From Paraphysomonas bandaiensis (taxonomy: Eukaryota > Protista > Chrysophyceae), in assembly GCA_965644295.1 (NCBI GenBank), contig CBFFRP010000063.1, positions 1 through 39,636 of the forward strand: a stretch of 39,636 bases of DNA. The letters are read 5' to 3'. The position numbers and the translations under genes are program-made. The notes beneath the pieces are model-generated. The model searched no databases, was not told the origin of the DNA, and was given only the letters and a program-made list of their open reading frames with translations. Below are positions 36,147-39,636 of the stretch, one piece after another; positions within the stretch are counted from its first letter, which is position 1; each line of letters begins with the position of its first letter.

Positions 36147-36678
36147 TTATTTCCCGAATTTTTTACCAGGTTTTAAATATTTCAATTCATCTGTATTATG
36201 AGACTTCAAAAGATTATTAGTTCTTGAATTGAATACATGTGTTTTATTATCATTGGAATTGAAATGATTTAAAGATGATACAGGGTCATTATGTGTTTTA
36301 ATATCTATTTGATTGTCATTAGTTCTTCTTGTCATTTCTAAAGGAGATATTGCCTTATTAAATGTAATAACGTTTTTTGAATTCTTCCCTACTTCTTCTG
36401 CAACGATGCCACCTAAAGAATGCCCTAATGTGTGCATGTTTTCAGTTCCATATTTCTTTTCTGCTTTCTTTTGTATCTTTTTAGCATGCTTAAATCTATT
36501 TCCTCTATGTCCAAATAATAAGCCTGCATCAGTTAATACATCTTGTTTCATCTGCTGTTAAAGCACCACCTTTCATTTCATAATATAATGCTCTGCACAC
36601 AGGGTCTGATAAGGCCTCATTATACTTCATATTATTTTGTTCGCTATATTGTTTTACGTGTTGTATCCATTTTGACAT
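36147..36678 (-). pseudogene. Lipase (class 3-like alpha/beta hydrolase) of PLV/virophage type, apparently internally deleted and frameshifted
   Basis: The 3' part has TLGHSLGG, ITFN, DPVS and a C-terminal His. The 5' part (ATG at 36678, MSKWIQHVKQYS..KGGALTADE) is in another frame. The RGT-type segment expected before the lid is missing. Confidence 0.65.
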
Positions 36679-36959
36679 ATCAATACTATATATATTACAC
36701 ATATATAATAAAATGAAATAGTTTTATAATGCGATTAATAAAATTGGGAATATTCTTTGAATAATAACTTTAACTAGAATCTCAACAATCAACGATTTAA
36801 TGAGAGCCTTTAAGAAGCTTTCATCGTCATTGAAAAAAAAATTCTAAGTCTTGTTGCTAATCTTCTGAATATGTTACTTCTTTTAACTTTATACATTACA
36901 TTATTGATACTATGTAATAAATATGTTTCATCATTGTTAAAATATGGTTTCATTATTTC

Positions 36960-37144
36960 AGTTGAAGTGTAAACTTCGCTTCCGTAGTTTTCCTATCACA
37001 TACGCACTACGTATTATGAATGAATGGATAGTATGTCACATGCATGCATATCCATTCATTGTCATCACACATTGACATGTTTACATCAGTTGTCCTTAAT
37101 ATATAATATACCTTTTCTCCTCTAAAGTACTTCATACTTTAACT
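36960..37144 (+). repeat. 5' LTR, 185 bp, AGTT...AACT
   Basis: Identical by eye to 39456-39636 over 181 bp. Confidence 0.9.
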
Positions 37145-39455
37145 TGGTAGCAGATGGTTACGATAACCAACCTTATTTATTTGTTTGTTCGCCTCCACAT
37201 CACTGGTGGAATGACGGCATCAACATATGAAACAAGCCTGTCATCTGTACACAGACGAAATACACGATGTGCTTCCTTTGAACTCTGCTGTTTCTCGAAA
37301 ACTCGAAAATCCGGGGGTTTTTGGAATCAATTTCCGGAAAATATGTACCTTTTTGTTCAAACTCGGAAAATCGTTTTTTTAAAGAGAATATTTCCGGAGA
37401 ATATGCATTTTTTTTGGGCACTGAAAACAAATCGACAGTCTGTCTGTTCCTTGTTTGTGTTCCTGCAGTGTGTATTATATGACTTTAAGGAGATGACAGT
37501 GTATACACTAATGCACATGTCCATTCCAGCCAGTCTGATTTTGATGACTTGTCTCCACCATGTGTGCTGATTTTGACACCTTGAGACGCTTTGTCCGGTG
37601 ATACACCAGGAGTGGTTAGACTTCATGTTGATGGCTGTGAATATTCTTTCGATGACTACTATTCGCCTTCTCAGGGAGTCAACCCTGCAGTAAGAGATCG
37701 CTTGTTATGAGCTATATGTTAGCCTCGCACAGCAGTTGTGTTTGAGAGCATGGATTCTCTTCTCTTTATTCAACGAGAGTAGTTATTTATCAAGAGTTCG
37801 ACGATGGTGATTGCTTTATCTTATCCACAAGGGTTTCACTGTACACCAGCTTGTACTCCAATACGTGTTCCCAGAGGATGTTGCTCTGTTCATCAGCAGC
37901 ATATATATATTATATATGGATTATTATCTTCGTCTGCTTCTTTCTCTGGTGATGTATCAGATATAATGGTTATACACCATTTGTTGTTGCTCTGTTTGGC
38001 GTATCATGTATATCGGCTTACAGTAGAGCACTTCAATCAGGACTTATGTCTTTATATTTATCTATCTGATGAATTATTGAGTGCTGATCTCTTCCGTCCA
38101 GTATATATTATGGTTGAGAGCAGTATCCCCTCCCAATATTGTGATATCTCAGGACATGTATAGTTATATGGTTCTAGATACTACGGATGTTCAATTCATT
38201 CAGCATTCTTTTACCTTTCCAAGCACGGGAGCGGATTTATGATAAATCCGACGATGAACTTAACCACGAGGATGATACCGACGGGAATGACCCCTCTAAA
38301 CCTAGTTCCGAACCCGATGTTATTGTGCATGACGAGAAATCTGTTGGAGCAGCCAACGAGCCAGCTACCTCAGAAATCGCGTTACAGCCGGCTTTCGATA
38401 TGACCCCTCAGACTGAAGGTCGTTCCTTCAATACGACGGGAACATCATCGCAACAGCCCCAGGAAAGAGTATAGTTTATTGCCCCCTATTTATGGCAGGC
38501 ATATCATATTTTAGCCCCTTATCATTATAAAAGGCAGGCATATATATCTCTTTTATTTCACTAGTATGGAATAGTGCTGGCTTTGTTCCACAGGTAGAAC
38601 AGCCTCACAATCAGAGTTTTAACTCTGCTGCCCTACTATTATAGAGGCACTGATTATCTTAATCTGCATTGCGCACTTTCATGCGATATATGCAATTATC
38701 AGTTCAGCGTTTGTATTTACCTGGCTCTATATAGTCCAGTGATTTAATATGTTTCATCTGTTCTTTCATTGTTGTCATGTAGACATTCAACAGAAAACAT
38801 TTCCATATTAAGCTGTTCATGATTTTCAAGCATTTCAAGGTGACAGGTATATAATACTATATTGATTATAATCATTAAGATTCACTTGTTATGCATATTA
38901 TCTATCTTATATTCTGATGTATCATACTTATGATATGAACATTAAATTATGATACTATATTTTGTTTGTTTAACCATGTCAGGCAATATTACAAGCATAT
39001 ATAGTTGATTCAATTCTTCGTCTACTCCATATGAACCTCGTATGTTGTCATAGCGTGGATTGATTTGCTTTGAAGTTTGTGACTTCTTCAGAACTATAGT
39101 GGTTCTACGATACGATGACCGTTGTGTTCATAATATCAGTATATATATATATACATATATTATATATACATATGTCATTACCTATATATTATATTAGTGG
39201 GAGTGTATGACTCGTAGATGGTATGCCCCATCTGGTCCTCTGCACACACTATATCTTATAGTTATGGTATATATATTCTATTATTGGATACTTTCCCTTT
39301 TGTTTTCCCATGCATCCATTATACCATCATGGTTTTCTTTTCGGGTTTTCAGTATCTATTCTATTTTCAGTATCTATTCTATTTTCAGTATCTAGCTTAT
39401 TAGTACCTAGTTTTCATGTTGTCCATTACATACGTACGCTTAGTTTTAGGGGGAG

Positions 39456-39636
39456 AGTTGAAGTGTAAACTTCGCTTCCGTAGTTTTCCTATCACATACG
39501 CACTACGTATTATGAATGAATGGATAGTATGTCACATGCATGCATATCCATTCATTGTCATCACACATTGACATGTTTACATCAGTTGTCCTTAATATAT
39601 AATATACCTTTTCTCCTCTAAAGTACTTCATACTTT
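39456..39636 (+). repeat. 3' LTR (truncated by window end)
   Basis: Direct repeat of 36960-37140, preceded by a polypurine tract. Confidence 0.9.

Larger units (their letters stand above)
33370..36850. mobile_element. Endogenous polinton-like virus/virophage-like fragment (boundaries approximate)
   Basis: Abrupt shift to very AT-rich, intronless, closely packed ORFs: fibre-like repeat protein, small Zn-finger, GHSLGG lipase. Shared TATATA motif before the ATGs. No capsid, packaging ATPase or polymerase seen. Confidence 0.7.
36960..39636 (+). mobile_element. Non-autonomous LTR retroelement (~2.7 kb, TRIM/LARD-like) with identical LTRs
   Basis: 5' LTR 36960-37144; PBS-like TGGTAGCAGA at 37145-37154; polypurine tract AGGGGGAG at 39448-39455; 3' LTR from 39456 to window end. 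No gag/pol ORF recognised inside. Confidence 0.85.

Noticed and set aside
38187-38474. 95-aa acidic ORF inside the LTR element as gag/pol
   Set aside because: Low-complexity, with no zinc knuckle, protease, integrase or RT motif recognised; at most a relic.

Overview
Eukaryotic nuclear DNA with short GT-AG introns of about 45-135 nt, most likely a SAR/stramenopile protist. This is an inference from a CryptonS-type recombinase relic and the two-residue insertion in the class I HDAC. Host-like genes: an intronless SLIP-GC/NUGGC-type dynamin-like GTPase fused to a C-terminal U-box, a secreted-pathway GT4 glycosyltransferase, two orphan ORFs, a GT-A-like glycosyltransferase, a Gfo/Idh/MocA oxidoreductase, a 12-exon class I HDAC, a ~2,500-aa EF-hand plus EML5/6-like WD40 protein, and a secreted lactonase. 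Mobile DNA is abundant: an LTR edge at the window start, a hAT-type MITE family (one intact copy with an 8-bp TSD), a dispersed ~200-bp repeat, several long hairpins and two large (ATGT)n arrays. The last 7.5 kb holds three adjoining mobile elements: a decayed Crypton tyrosine recombinase, an AT-rich endogenous polinton-like virus/virophage fragment (fibre-like repeat protein, Zn-finger, internally deleted lipase), and a young non-autonomous LTR element with identical LTRs and non-canonical AGTT...AACT termini. All family calls are from motif recognition by eye; no searches were run.
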